This document shows positions 18,077 through 27,089 of a DNA stretch of 46,830 nt, piece after piece. This stretch comes from an uncultured Verrucomicrobiota bacterium. Lineage in GTDB: Bacteria; Verrucomicrobiota; Kiritimatiellia; CAIQIC01; Lenti-01. Position 1 is the stretch's first letter, and each line of letters opens with the position of its first letter. The notes beneath the pieces are model-generated. The model did no database searches. It was not told where the DNA came from and was given only the letters and a program-made list of their open reading frames with translations. The position numbers and the translations under genes were made by a program. The DNA lies in assembly GCA_964567795.1 (NCBI GenBank), contig CAZMOR010000323.1:1-46830 (forward strand), given 5' to 3'.

Positions 18077-19398
18077 AGGCGTTGCGCCATTTCTATTTTC
18101 TCCCGGCCTTGCTGGTTATGTTGGTTGTTGCCGCCGGGCATACTTGGTGGTCCGGAGAGGAGATTGGCTGGCTTCTGCCCGGAGTGGCGTTCATTTCGCT
18201 GGCGGTCTGCTGGTCGCTGCCCGGCCGTATTTGGGTGGCGGGAACGGTGATTTTACTGCTGATTGCAGTCTATGCCTGCAATCCGTCCCACCGCTGGGTG
18301 GACCGTCTGGGACTCGAGGCGATCCGCTACGTGGCCGGGCTGCCGGCTTCCGCATATCCGGCGGGCAGTTGGCAGGCGGGCGGCATGGCGCTGGCGATGC
18401 TGGCGGCGTATGGCCTGGCCTTCCAGCTTTCGGAAAACCAAGTCTGCTGGCTGCAGGGATTCGTGACGTTGGCCGCCGCCGCCATGGCCTTGCTGGTCTT
18501 GTCGCAGCGCTTGGAGCCCAAGTTGTTCCCGGTGTTTCCGCACACCGGCCTCTTTGTGAATGAAAACCATTTTGCGGTTTTTGCGAACCTGGTGCTGCCG
18601 GTCGCGTTGGCGCAGGCCGCGCGTTCGCATTTCCGCGCAGTACAAGACGGCCGGCCTGCAAGTCCGGCAGGAATTCAACTGCTGATCGCCGCCCTGCTGG
18701 GTGGCGCCGTGGTTCTGAGCCATTCGCGGGCCGGCATCCTGGTCATGCTGCTGGTGGTGGTGGCCGGCGCCGTTTGCTACGGCGGACTCGTGCATTTGCA
18801 TCCTTTTGCGGGCGCTGCCCGCCATTACGGCTGGCGTTGGATGGCGGCGGGCACCATCCTGGCGGTGTTGTCTTTGGCCGTGATGTCGTTTGCGCGGGAA
18901 TGGCATCAGGCGGGGGATATCCGGCGGGAGTTGGATTTCCGCTGGGGCATAGTGAAGGACACCGCCGCCATGTGCAAGGTCCGGCCGGTTTGGGGGATGG
19001 GGCCGGGAACATTCCCAGTCGTATATCCATATTATCAATCTCCGGCCGATGCGACCCGTATGATCCGGCATGCACATTGCGAGCCGGTTGAATTCGTGGC
19101 GGAATACGGCTGGGTCGGCGGCGGCACGGTACTCCTGGCCGTCGGTTGGGCGCTTTCGGCCCGGAAGCAAAAATCGCGCCACCGTGAAATCGTGCCGGCA
19201 TTTGCCGATTTAGAACGGCGTTTTTGGGGCATGGGATTGATCGCCGGCGGCTTCCACTGTTTGGTCGATTTTCCGCTGCGGGATCCGTTGATTGCCTTAA
19301 TGGCTGCGACGTGGGCCGGAGTTTGGGCTGGGCAGCGGCCCGCGCCTGCCGGGGCCGGCTGCGCCAACCCGGGGCTGGCAGAGGAAGCGCATGACTAG
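18073..19398 (+). CDS. O-antigen ligase/polymerase-family membrane protein (Wzy_C-type)
   Basis: The protein is polytopic, with LSHSRAGILVMLLVVV and GMGPGTFPVVY...H.EPVEFVAEYGWVGG motifs typical of Wzy_C/WaaL-like proteins. I chose the ATG at 18073 (ATGA overlap with the wzc stop) over the upstream start in the ORF track. Confidence 0.75.
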   Translation: MKALRHFYFLPALLVMLVVAAGHTWWSGEEIGWLLPGVAFISLAVCWSLPGRIWVAGTVILLLIAVYACNPSHRWVDRLGLEAIRYVAGLPASAYPAGSWQAGGMALAMLAAYGLAFQLSENQVCWLQGFVTLAAAAMALLVLSQRLEPKLFPVFPHTGLFVNENHFAVFANLVLPVALAQAARSHFRAVQDGRPASPAGIQLLIAALLGGAVVLSHSRAGILVMLLVVVAGAVCYGGLVHLHPFAGAARHYGWRWMAAGTILAVLSLAVMSFAREWHQAGDIRRELDFRWGIVKDTAAMCKVRPVWGMGPGTFPVVYPYYQSPADATRMIRHAHCEPVEFVAEYGWVGGGTVLLAVGWALSARKQKSRHREIVPAFADLERRFWGMGLIAGGFHCLVDFPLRDPLIALMAATWAGVWAGQRPAPAGAGCANPGLAEEAHD

Positions 19399-20227
19399 GG
19401 GCGGCCCAGAATACATCCGGCAGCCGGATCGCGGTTGGTTTGATCTGGCCCTGGGTGAACTGTGGACCTATCGCGATCTCTTGTGGACCCTGGTCTGGAG
19501 AAATCTGACGGTGCGCTATAAGCAAAGCGCGGTCGGCATCGCTTGGGCGGTGATCAAGCCGGTTCTGCAAATGCTGGTTTTCAGCGTGGTGTTCGGCCGT
19601 TTGGCTGGGTTGCCATCCGAAGGTATGCCGTATCCCGTTTTCCTGTATGCCGGGTTGCTGCCCTGGACCTATTTTTCATCGACCATCACCAGTGCGTCCG
19701 GCAGTTTGCTTGCCGGCGGCAACATGATCAACAAGGTGTACTTTCCCCGGATGATCCTGCCGTTTTCATACCTGTTTACGAGTCTCATCGATCTTTTCCT
19801 GGCCATGCTGGTGCTGCTGGCCATGATGTTCTGGTACCGGGCGGACATGACGTTTGGCCCGCAGATGCTGCTGTTTCCGGTGTTTCTCGTGCCGGCCGTT
19901 GTGTTCGCCGGCGGCCTATCCTTGTGGCTGTGTGCCTTGGCGGTGAAATATCGCGACATCCACCATCTGGTTCCCTACCTGCTCCAGATCGGCATGTTCA
20001 TCACGCCGGTGGTTTATGCCGTGAAATTGCTGCCCGCGCGTTATCAGTGGCTTTTGGAACTGAATCCCATGACCGGCGTCATTGAAGGTTTTCGCTGGTC
20101 CTTGCTGGGCAAACCGGTGACCGACTGGGGCCTGCTGTGCCTGGGTTTTGCCCTGGCTTTGCTGCTGCTGTTGACGGGCATGGTGTATTTCCGGCGCGTG
20201 GACCGGACCTTGGCGGATGTTGTATGA
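19391..20227 (+). CDS. wzm: ABC-2 type polysaccharide exporter permease (Wzm/KpsM/TagG-like)
   Basis: LWTYRDLLWTLVWRNLTVRYKQSAVGIAWAVIKPVLQMLVF is the canonical ABC-2 N-terminal motif, followed by six hydrophobic segments. The gene overlaps the upstream gene by 8 nt. Confidence 0.85.
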   Translation: MTRGGPEYIRQPDRGWFDLALGELWTYRDLLWTLVWRNLTVRYKQSAVGIAWAVIKPVLQMLVFSVVFGRLAGLPSEGMPYPVFLYAGLLPWTYFSSTITSASGSLLAGGNMINKVYFPRMILPFSYLFTSLIDLFLAMLVLLAMMFWYRADMTFGPQMLLFPVFLVPAVVFAGGLSLWLCALAVKYRDIHHLVPYLLQIGMFITPVVYAVKLLPARYQWLLELNPMTGVIEGFRWSLLGKPVTDWGLLCLGFALALLLLLTGMVYFRRVDRTLADVV

Positions 20228-21486
20228 GCCGCGCGCATCAACCCGTCATTGTTGCCGAAAAGCTGGGCAAGACTTTCCGGCTCGGGGAGATTCATCGCGG
20301 CTGGATGAAACGGCTGCTGCGGCCGCGTGAAGCGGCCGCGCCGGCCGTCTTCCTGCCGGCTCTGACCGATGTGAATTTTGCGGTGGAGCAAGGCGAAGTG
20401 TTTGGCATCATCGGCGCCAATGGCGCCGGGAAAAGCACCCTGCTGAAAATCCTGGCCGGGATCACCGAACCGACCACGGGCCGGGCTGTTTTGCGCGGCC
20501 GCATCGCCTCGCTGCTGGAGGTGGGGACCGGGTTCCATCCTGAATTGACCGGCCGCGAAAACGTCTTTTTGAACGGGACCCTGCTGGGCTTGCGCCAGGG
20601 TGAAATCCGCGAGGAATACAACCGCATTGTCGAGTTTGCCGGTCTCGACAAATTCATGGACACTCCGGTCAAGCGCTATAGTTCGGGCATGCAGGTGCGG
20701 CTTGCTTTTGCCGTGGCGGCCCATTTGCGCCCGGAGATTCTGCTGATCGATGAAGTGCTGGCCGTGGGTGACATCGCTTTTCAACGGAAATGCCTTGGTG
20801 CCATGAAGGACGTGGCGGGCGGGGGCCGGACCGTGTTGTTTGTCAGTCACAACATGGCTGCGGTCAGCAGTCTGTGCCACCGGGCCCTGATGTTGCGTCA
20901 GGGCCGGGTTGTGGCGATTGGTCCGGCGGATGAGATCATCCAGGCTTACATCCACAGCACCGCGGATCTGCCATCGCTGGATGCCGGCGGTTATGCCTCT
21001 TTCGGAATCCGCAAGCCCGTCTTGGCGCAGGCCCCGCTTCTGCTGCGGGCGGCGCGGCTTGTGGATCACCAGGAGCGGCCATTATCTTCCGTGCGCACGG
21101 GTGAAACATTGCGGTTGGACGTGCGGGTGGCGGGGCTGACCCAATATCCGTCCGCCGTGGTGGGGCTGACGGTCCGCTCCGTTTACGAACAGAAGATCTT
21201 CCACTTCAACACTGCGATGGCGGGGGGATTCGGTTCCACACCGCGGCATGAGCATGAGCGGGTGCGGCTCGAGATCCCGGAACTGCCGCTGATGGCCGGG
21301 GCGTATTCCCTGGATTTGCTGGTGTTCGAGCCCGGAGTGCGGTTGCTTGATCGCATCGACGGGGCGCTGAGTTTCGACGTTGTCGAATCCGATCTGTACG
21401 GCAACGGCTATCGCGGCGAAGCCCGGGAAGGCTTGATTGCCGTGAACGGCAAATGCACGATTGCGGGCGAGGAGCCGGCGCCATGA
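20224..21486 (+). CDS. wzt: ABC polysaccharide exporter ATPase with C-terminal extension (Wzt/TagH-like)
   Basis: Walker A is GANGAGKST, the signature is YSSGMQVRL and Walker B is ILLIDEVLAVGD. A C-terminal extension of about 170 aa (about nt 20974-21486) is in the position of the Wzt carbohydrate-binding domain. The start overlaps the wzm stop (ATGA at 20224). Confidence 0.85.
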   Translation: MSRAHQPVIVAEKLGKTFRLGEIHRGWMKRLLRPREAAAPAVFLPALTDVNFAVEQGEVFGIIGANGAGKSTLLKILAGITEPTTGRAVLRGRIASLLEVGTGFHPELTGRENVFLNGTLLGLRQGEIREEYNRIVEFAGLDKFMDTPVKRYSSGMQVRLAFAVAAHLRPEILLIDEVLAVGDIAFQRKCLGAMKDVAGGGRTVLFVSHNMAAVSSLCHRALMLRQGRVVAIGPADEIIQAYIHSTADLPSLDAGGYASFGIRKPVLAQAPLLLRAARLVDHQERPLSSVRTGETLRLDVRVAGLTQYPSAVVGLTVRSVYEQKIFHFNTAMAGGFGSTPRHEHERVRLEIPELPLMAGAYSLDLLVFEPGVRLLDRIDGALSFDVVESDLYGNGYRGEAREGLIAVNGKCTIAGEEPAP

Positions 21487-22517
21487 AACCGGGAGCCGCC
21501 CTGCAGGTTGTAATCACCACCATCCAGGCGCCAACTCCGGCGGTCATGGCCTGGCAGCGCCGGCTGGCCGAAGTTGGCGGCCGCCTGGTTGTCGCGGGCG
21601 ACCAAAAGGGGCCGGCCGCCTTTGATTTGCCGGTGTGCGATTTCCTCAGCCTGGCCGGGCAGCGGGCCAGCGGTTTTTCCCTGGCGGAGCTTTTGCCCAC
21701 GGGACACTATTCCCGCAAGAACATCGGATATTTGCACGCGATCCACGCCGGGGCGGAATGCATTTATGAGACGGACGACGACAACGCGCCGTTGGCAAAT
21801 TGGCGGCCCCGCCAATCCCTGGTGGGGGCGGCGCGCGTCATTCCGCCGGCAGCATCCGCCGGTCTCCGCTGGATAAATGTATATCGATATTTTAGCGCCG
21901 ACCGGCAGATTTGGCCGCGCGGTTTTCCGTTGGAGCGGTTGGCCGATCTGGTGCCGGCCTGTGAATGTTCAAACGGCGACCTATTCGCGCCGGTTCAGCA
22001 GGGACTCGTCAATGGTTCGCCGGATGTGGATGCGGTTTGGCGGCTGACCCAGGACCGCCCTTTTGAATTCCATGCGGCCGCGCCGGTGGTGCTGGGGCCG
22101 GGGCAATGGTGTCCCTTCAACACGCAAAGCACCTGGTGGTGGCCGGTGGCGTTTCCGTTGCTGTACATCCCCAGTTACTGTTCATTCCGCATGTGCGACA
22201 TTTGGAAAAGTTTTGTGACGCAGCGCTGCCTGTGGGCCCTGGGGGCGGGGATTGCCTTTCATGCTCCGGAGGTCGTTCAAGACCGGAATCCACACGATTA
22301 TCTGCGGGATTTCAAGGATGAGGTTCCCGGCTATCTTCAGAATGCCAACATCGCGGAACATCTGTCGCGACTGGCGCTCGCGCCGGGTCCCGGGCAAGTG
22401 GCGGAAAACTTGCGCACTTGTTATGCCGAGCTGGTGGAGCGGCAAGTCTTTCCGGCCGCCGAAATGATTCTCCTGGAGGCCTGGCTGGCCGATTTGCGCG
22501 GTATGGCGAAGGCATGA
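21483..22517 (+). CDS. Putative glycosyltransferase, DUF288/STELLO-like
   Basis: VVITTIQAPTPAV..., VVAGDQKGP, YSRKNIGYLHAI and ETDDDNAP recall the STELLO/DUF288 (GT75-like) pattern. Family recognition is tentative. The start overlaps the upstream stop (ATGA at 21483). Confidence 0.5.
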   Translation: MKPGAALQVVITTIQAPTPAVMAWQRRLAEVGGRLVVAGDQKGPAAFDLPVCDFLSLAGQRASGFSLAELLPTGHYSRKNIGYLHAIHAGAECIYETDDDNAPLANWRPRQSLVGAARVIPPAASAGLRWINVYRYFSADRQIWPRGFPLERLADLVPACECSNGDLFAPVQQGLVNGSPDVDAVWRLTQDRPFEFHAAAPVVLGPGQWCPFNTQSTWWWPVAFPLLYIPSYCSFRMCDIWKSFVTQRCLWALGAGIAFHAPEVVQDRNPHDYLRDFKDEVPGYLQNANIAEHLSRLALAPGPGQVAENLRTCYAELVERQVFPAAEMILLEAWLADLRGMAKA

Positions 22518-23461
22518 AAATCATCCCCGCATTGCCGGATTCGACTGATCATCCCCTGGTATCCATCGTGGTGCCCAGTTACAATCAAGCGGCATTCATC
22601 CGCCAAACGCTGGAGTCCTGCCTCGCGCAGGATTATCGGCCGATCGAAATTGTCGTTGTAGACGGAGCCTCCACGGATGGGACCGTCGACATTTTGCGGA
22701 CATTCGATGCCTATCCCGAGGTGTCCTGGACTTCCGAGCCGGATGCGGGTGTGGTGGAAGCTGTGAACAAGGGCTTGCGGCGGGCCCGCGGCGAAATCTG
22801 CGGCATCCAAAGTTCCGACGACTCGTATTTGCCCGGTGCCTTTACCCGGGCGGTGAATGTGTTAATGCAACATCCCGAAGTGGCGCTGGTCTATGCCGAC
22901 GCCGTCAAGATCGATGCCGCCGGGCATGAGCTGGCGCGCGCGCCGACCGGACCGTTTTCCATCGAGAACTTCCTGTCCAAGCAAACCATTGTGCTGCAAC
23001 CTGCCGCATTTTTCCGCCGGGAAGCGTTTGAAGAGGTCGGTGGCTGGTCGGACAGTTATTTCAATGCCGACACGGAATGCTGGCTGCGCATGATCCTGCG
23101 CCATCCGGCGCTGAAAGTTGACGAGTTTTGGGCGCAGCGCCGGATGCACGAAGCGCAACGGGACCGGCAACGGGGGAAAATCATTGAGAGTTATTGCCGC
23201 ATGACCCAGGAGAATCCCGAAATCTGCAACGGACCCTGGCGGTGGCGCCGGGCGGCCCGGTGCGGGCGGATTCTACACACGTTGCGATATTCACCACAGC
23301 TGTCCAGCGGACGGAAGAAATGGATGCGGCTCCAGGCGGCGGCGGCCTGGCCGCCGGTCTGGCGCTCGGTAGATCTTCCGGGACTGCTGTTGCCGGGTTA
23401 CGATTTCATGCGCCGGATACGCGCGGCCGTGCAACGCCGGATGCGGAGCGGGCCGGCATGA
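22514..23461 (+). CDS. Glycosyltransferase family 2
   Basis: LVSIVVPSYNQAAFIRQTLESCLAQDY...EIVVVDGASTDGT...SDDSY is a GT2 signature. ATGA overlap at 22514. Confidence 0.85.
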   Translation: MKIIPALPDSTDHPLVSIVVPSYNQAAFIRQTLESCLAQDYRPIEIVVVDGASTDGTVDILRTFDAYPEVSWTSEPDAGVVEAVNKGLRRARGEICGIQSSDDSYLPGAFTRAVNVLMQHPEVALVYADAVKIDAAGHELARAPTGPFSIENFLSKQTIVLQPAAFFRREAFEEVGGWSDSYFNADTECWLRMILRHPALKVDEFWAQRRMHEAQRDRQRGKIIESYCRMTQENPEICNGPWRWRRAARCGRILHTLRYSPQLSSGRKKWMRLQAAAAWPPVWRSVDLPGLLLPGYDFMRRIRAAVQRRMRSGPA

Positions 23462-24330
23462 ACACCGCCGGGACCCAGCCCCGTGTCTCGATCATCATTC
23501 CGTGCCGGAATGATGCCACCAGCCTGTCCCGGGTGCTGGAGGCCCTGGGCCGGCAGACCTATGACCCAAACCAGATGGAAATCATCGTGGTGGACAATGG
23601 TTCGACGGATCAAAGCGCCTCAATCGCCCGGACTTTTCCCGTGCGCCTGTTGACGGAGCCGGTGCCGTCGGCCTATCTGGCCCGCAACCGGGGCATTGCG
23701 GCGGCAACCGGTGATTATCTGCTTTTTCTGGATGCGGATACTGTTCCGTCGCCGGATTGGATTGCCCAGTTGGTTGCCGCGGCCATGAAATCCGGTTCCT
23801 GGCTGGCGGGCGGGCGGATCGAAAGCGTTGTGACGCGGCCGACCTTGGGCAGTGCCTTGCTGGCGGCGACCCGTTCGGCGGATAAACGCCGGGAAATGCT
23901 TGAAAAAACCGGCCGGTTGTCCGGCGGCAACATGCTGGTTGCCCGGGCCGCCTTTGATAAATACGGGGTATTCCGTCCGCTTCAATCCGGCGGAGATGGG
24001 GAATTTTCGGAAAGAGCAAATCCTGGACGCGCGCCGGTTCCTTATGCGGGATCTGCCGTTGTGGTGCATGAGTGCGACATCGGCAATTGGGAATATCTGC
24101 GGCGCGCTTGCCGGATCGGCAGGGGACAGGCGCAAACCCGGGGGCCGGATTCCGGAGTATCTCTTTCGATGCCCTGGCGTCCGGGTGTGGGCCGGGTGCG
24201 CGAAATACACCAGGCAGTGCGCGCCCGGGTTGCGGTGTCCTGGCTGACCGTTTGGGCGATGCTCTGGTTGGAACGGTGGTTTTTCTACTTTGGTTATCGC
24301 GCGGGTTTGCGGGCGGGAAGGGCGACATGA
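23458..24330 (+). CDS. Glycosyltransferase family 2
   Basis: VSIIIPCRNDATSLSRVLEALGRQTY...EIIVVDNGSTDQS...LLFLDADT. ATGA overlap at 23458. Confidence 0.85.
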   Translation: MNTAGTQPRVSIIIPCRNDATSLSRVLEALGRQTYDPNQMEIIVVDNGSTDQSASIARTFPVRLLTEPVPSAYLARNRGIAAATGDYLLFLDADTVPSPDWIAQLVAAAMKSGSWLAGGRIESVVTRPTLGSALLAATRSADKRREMLEKTGRLSGGNMLVARAAFDKYGVFRPLQSGGDGEFSERANPGRAPVPYAGSAVVVHECDIGNWEYLRRACRIGRGQAQTRGPDSGVSLSMPWRPGVGRVREIHQAVRARVAVSWLTVWAMLWLERWFFYFGYRAGLRAGRAT

Positions 24331-25349
24331 ATACCGCACCGGTGCCCGATTTGGTCAGCGTCATCATTCCCGTGCGCAACCGGGCAAAATGGCTGCCGGA
24401 GGCTGTGCAAAGCGCCTTGAACCAAACCCATGCCGGGGTGGAAGTGATCGTGTGCGATGACGGTTCCACGGACGGCACGGAACGATTGGCGGAACAACTG
24501 GCGGATGCGCATCCGGATAAAATCCGGGTTCTGCATTTGCCGCCGCGAGGACCGGGGCCGGCGCGGGAAGCGGGGCGGGTGGCAGCCCGCGGAGAATTCA
24601 TCCAGTACCTCGACAGCGACGACTTGCTGCTGCCAACGAAGTTTTCCCTGCAGATCGCGGCCCTGCGGGCCAAGCCGGATTGTGGCATTGCCTATGGCAT
24701 CACCCGGCTGGTGGACGAACAGCAGAAAGTCCTGGCCGACCCTTTCAAGTGGACCGGCCGGGATATGGACCGCCTGTATCCGGGGCTTTTGGTGGACCGC
24801 TGGTGGTGTACGCACACGCCGCTCTATCGCCGGGAACTGTGTGACCGCATCGGGTCCTGGTCCGATCTGCGCTATTCGCAGGATTGGGAATACGATGCCC
24901 GCGCCGGCGCCCTGAATGTCCGGTTGGCATTTGTGAATCAGCCGGTCAGCCTGCATCGCCACCATGCCGGGACACGCCAGACCGGGGGGTGCTGGCTCGA
25001 ACCCGCTGACCAGATCCAGTTTTTCAGGTCCCTGCTGGATGGCGCGCGCCAGTCGGGGATTCAGGAATCCGCACCGGAAATGCGGCACTTTGTCCGCTGG
25101 GTATTTGCAGCTGCCCGGGCCGCTGCGCGGCGAAGGGATGTGGCGGCCCGCGATCTGCTGGCGTTGGCGGAGAAGGCGGCCGCCCCGGCCGGCCGTTCCT
25201 TGCGGCTCTATCGCCAGTGCAGCGACTGGCTGGGCTGGCATCTTGTGGCGACCGGATCCGAATGGTTGCGCATCCGGATGCGGCATTCGGTCGGCCCCGA
25301 TTCCTTGCAGCAGTCATGGATGGATCAACGGGAGAATCGCGATGGGTGA
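24327..25349 (+). CDS. Glycosyltransferase family 2
   Basis: VSVIIPVRNRAKWLPEAVQSALNQTH..EVIVCDDGSTDGT...YLDSDD. ATGA overlap at 24327. Confidence 0.85.
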   Translation: MNTAPVPDLVSVIIPVRNRAKWLPEAVQSALNQTHAGVEVIVCDDGSTDGTERLAEQLADAHPDKIRVLHLPPRGPGPAREAGRVAARGEFIQYLDSDDLLLPTKFSLQIAALRAKPDCGIAYGITRLVDEQQKVLADPFKWTGRDMDRLYPGLLVDRWWCTHTPLYRRELCDRIGSWSDLRYSQDWEYDARAGALNVRLAFVNQPVSLHRHHAGTRQTGGCWLEPADQIQFFRSLLDGARQSGIQESAPEMRHFVRWVFAAARAAARRRDVAARDLLALAEKAAAPAGRSLRLYRQCSDWLGWHLVATGSEWLRIRMRHSVGPDSLQQSWMDQRENRDG

Positions 25350-26301
25350 TGCCCTCGACATTTCCGTTGTGATGGGTGTGTACAACAACGCACCCACGCT
25401 GGGCGGCGCACTGAAAAGCATTCTGTCGCAGGAAGGAGTGGCGTTGGAATTCATTGTGGTGGACGACGGCTCCACAGACGGTTCCGGCGCAATCCTGGAT
25501 GACGCGGCACGGATGGATCCGCGCCTGAAAATCGTGCACAACAAGTCAAATGAAGGCCTGACCCGCGCCCTGATCGACGGCTGTGCGCGGTCGGCGGCAC
25601 CGTGGATCGCCCGGCAGGACGCCGACGACCTGTCGCTGCCGGGGCGGTTGCAGGCGCAACTGGCCCGTGCCCGGCAAGCGGACGCACCCGTGCTGGTGGG
25701 CTGCGGCGCGCGCACCCTGGCGCCGGCGGGTGAAGTGATCATGGAACACCATCCGCCCGCATCGGTGTCCGAGGCAGCGCGGCATGTGCTGGAAAACGGC
25801 CAGGCCATTTCTCCGCACGGTTCCATTTTATTCAGCCGGGCTGCGTATATAAAAGCCGGGGGATATCGCGAGGCGTTCTACTATGCCCAGGACATCGACC
25901 TGACCACCCGCTTGGCCGAAATCGGTCCTTTGGCTGCGGTCCCGGAAATTCTCTTTGAATATCGGCTGGCGCCCGGCGCGATATCCGGCCGGCACGGACG
26001 GTATCAGCGGAAATATTATCGTCTCATCCGCAAAGGGCACGAATTCCGGATGACGGGAAAATCGGAGGAACCGTTGCTGGCCGAAGCCCGGCGATTGCGC
26101 CAGGAGTGCCTTCGCCGCCGGGATGCGGGCGCTTCCGCCTATGAATTGATGTATTTTGTCGGCACGCGCTTGCTGGCGGACCAGCCGCGTTCGGCCGGCA
26201 TGTACTTCAGGAAAGCCATGGTTCTGCGCCCGTGGTCCTTGAAGGCATTCATTCGCTGGCGGCAGGCGCTTCGCCGCTGCCGGGCAGGAAGAGCACCATG
26301 A
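25342..26301 (+). CDS. Glycosyltransferase family 2
   Basis: ISVVMGVYNNAPTLGGALKSILSQ...EFIVVDDGSTDGS...RQDADD. The start overlaps the upstream gene by 8 nt. Confidence 0.85.
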   Translation: MGDALDISVVMGVYNNAPTLGGALKSILSQEGVALEFIVVDDGSTDGSGAILDDAARMDPRLKIVHNKSNEGLTRALIDGCARSAAPWIARQDADDLSLPGRLQAQLARARQADAPVLVGCGARTLAPAGEVIMEHHPPASVSEAARHVLENGQAISPHGSILFSRAAYIKAGGYREAFYYAQDIDLTTRLAEIGPLAAVPEILFEYRLAPGAISGRHGRYQRKYYRLIRKGHEFRMTGKSEEPLLAEARRLRQECLRRRDAGASAYELMYFVGTRLLADQPRSAGMYFRKAMVLRPWSLKAFIRWRQALRRCRAGRAP

Positions 26302-27089
26302 AGCGGCCGGTAGCAGATCCGAATTGGCCGGATTTGATCCAGTCGCTCCACCTCCACGATCTGCAAGAGGTGTGGGAGCCGGCGCTGGCCCCCCATGTCT
26401 TCCATCGCTATCAGGATGAGCTGAGCCGGTACTTCCGGCTGGCGGGCCAGTCTCCGCTGAAGATTCTGGATGTCGGCTGTGCCCAGGGCACCCTGGCATT
26501 GTTGCTTGCCGAAGCGGGGCACCATGTCGTGGCGGTGGACTTGCGGGCGGAGTTTCTGGAGTATGCCCGGAGCCGGTATGAAAAGGGCGATATCCGGTTT
26601 GTACAGGGTAATGTCATGGATTTAAACCTTCCGGAAACCTTCGACCTGATTTTTGCCAATCAGATTCTCGAGCATTTGGTTCATCCCGTGGAAATGGTCA
26701 GCGGTTTGACCCGGATGCTGGCGCCGGGCGGCCGATTCGTGGCAACCACTCCCAACGGCTTGTACTTTAAATCCAAGCTGCCCCTGTATCGGGAACTGGG
26801 TGATCCGGCCCAGTACGAACATCGCCAGTTTTTCCCGGACGGGGATGGCCATTTCTTTGCCTATGCCCCTGCGGAACTTCATGAAATCCTGGGCCGGGCC
26901 GGCCTGGCGGAAGTTTCGATCATTCCCTATGACACGCCCTGGATCACCGGCCATGTGAAGTTGCGCTATCTGCACGGGAGGGTGCCGGTTTCTGTATTGC
27001 GGAGCCTGGACCGGCTGACCCTGGCCATGCCCGTTCTCAACCGGCGGCTGGCGTTCCAACTGATGGCATGCGGGAGGAAACCGAAATGA
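26298..27089 (+). CDS. Class I SAM-dependent methyltransferase
   Basis: ILDVGCAQGTLALLLAEAGHHVVAVD is motif I, followed by FDLIFANQILEHL and LAPGGRFV. ATGA overlap at 26298. Confidence 0.85.
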   Translation: MKRPVADPNWPDLIQSLHLHDLQEVWEPALAPHVFHRYQDELSRYFRLAGQSPLKILDVGCAQGTLALLLAEAGHHVVAVDLRAEFLEYARSRYEKGDIRFVQGNVMDLNLPETFDLIFANQILEHLVHPVEMVSGLTRMLAPGGRFVATTPNGLYFKSKLPLYRELGDPAQYEHRQFFPDGDGHFFAYAPAELHEILGRAGLAEVSIIPYDTPWITGHVKLRYLHGRVPVSVLRSLDRLTLAMPVLNRRLAFQLMACGRKPK

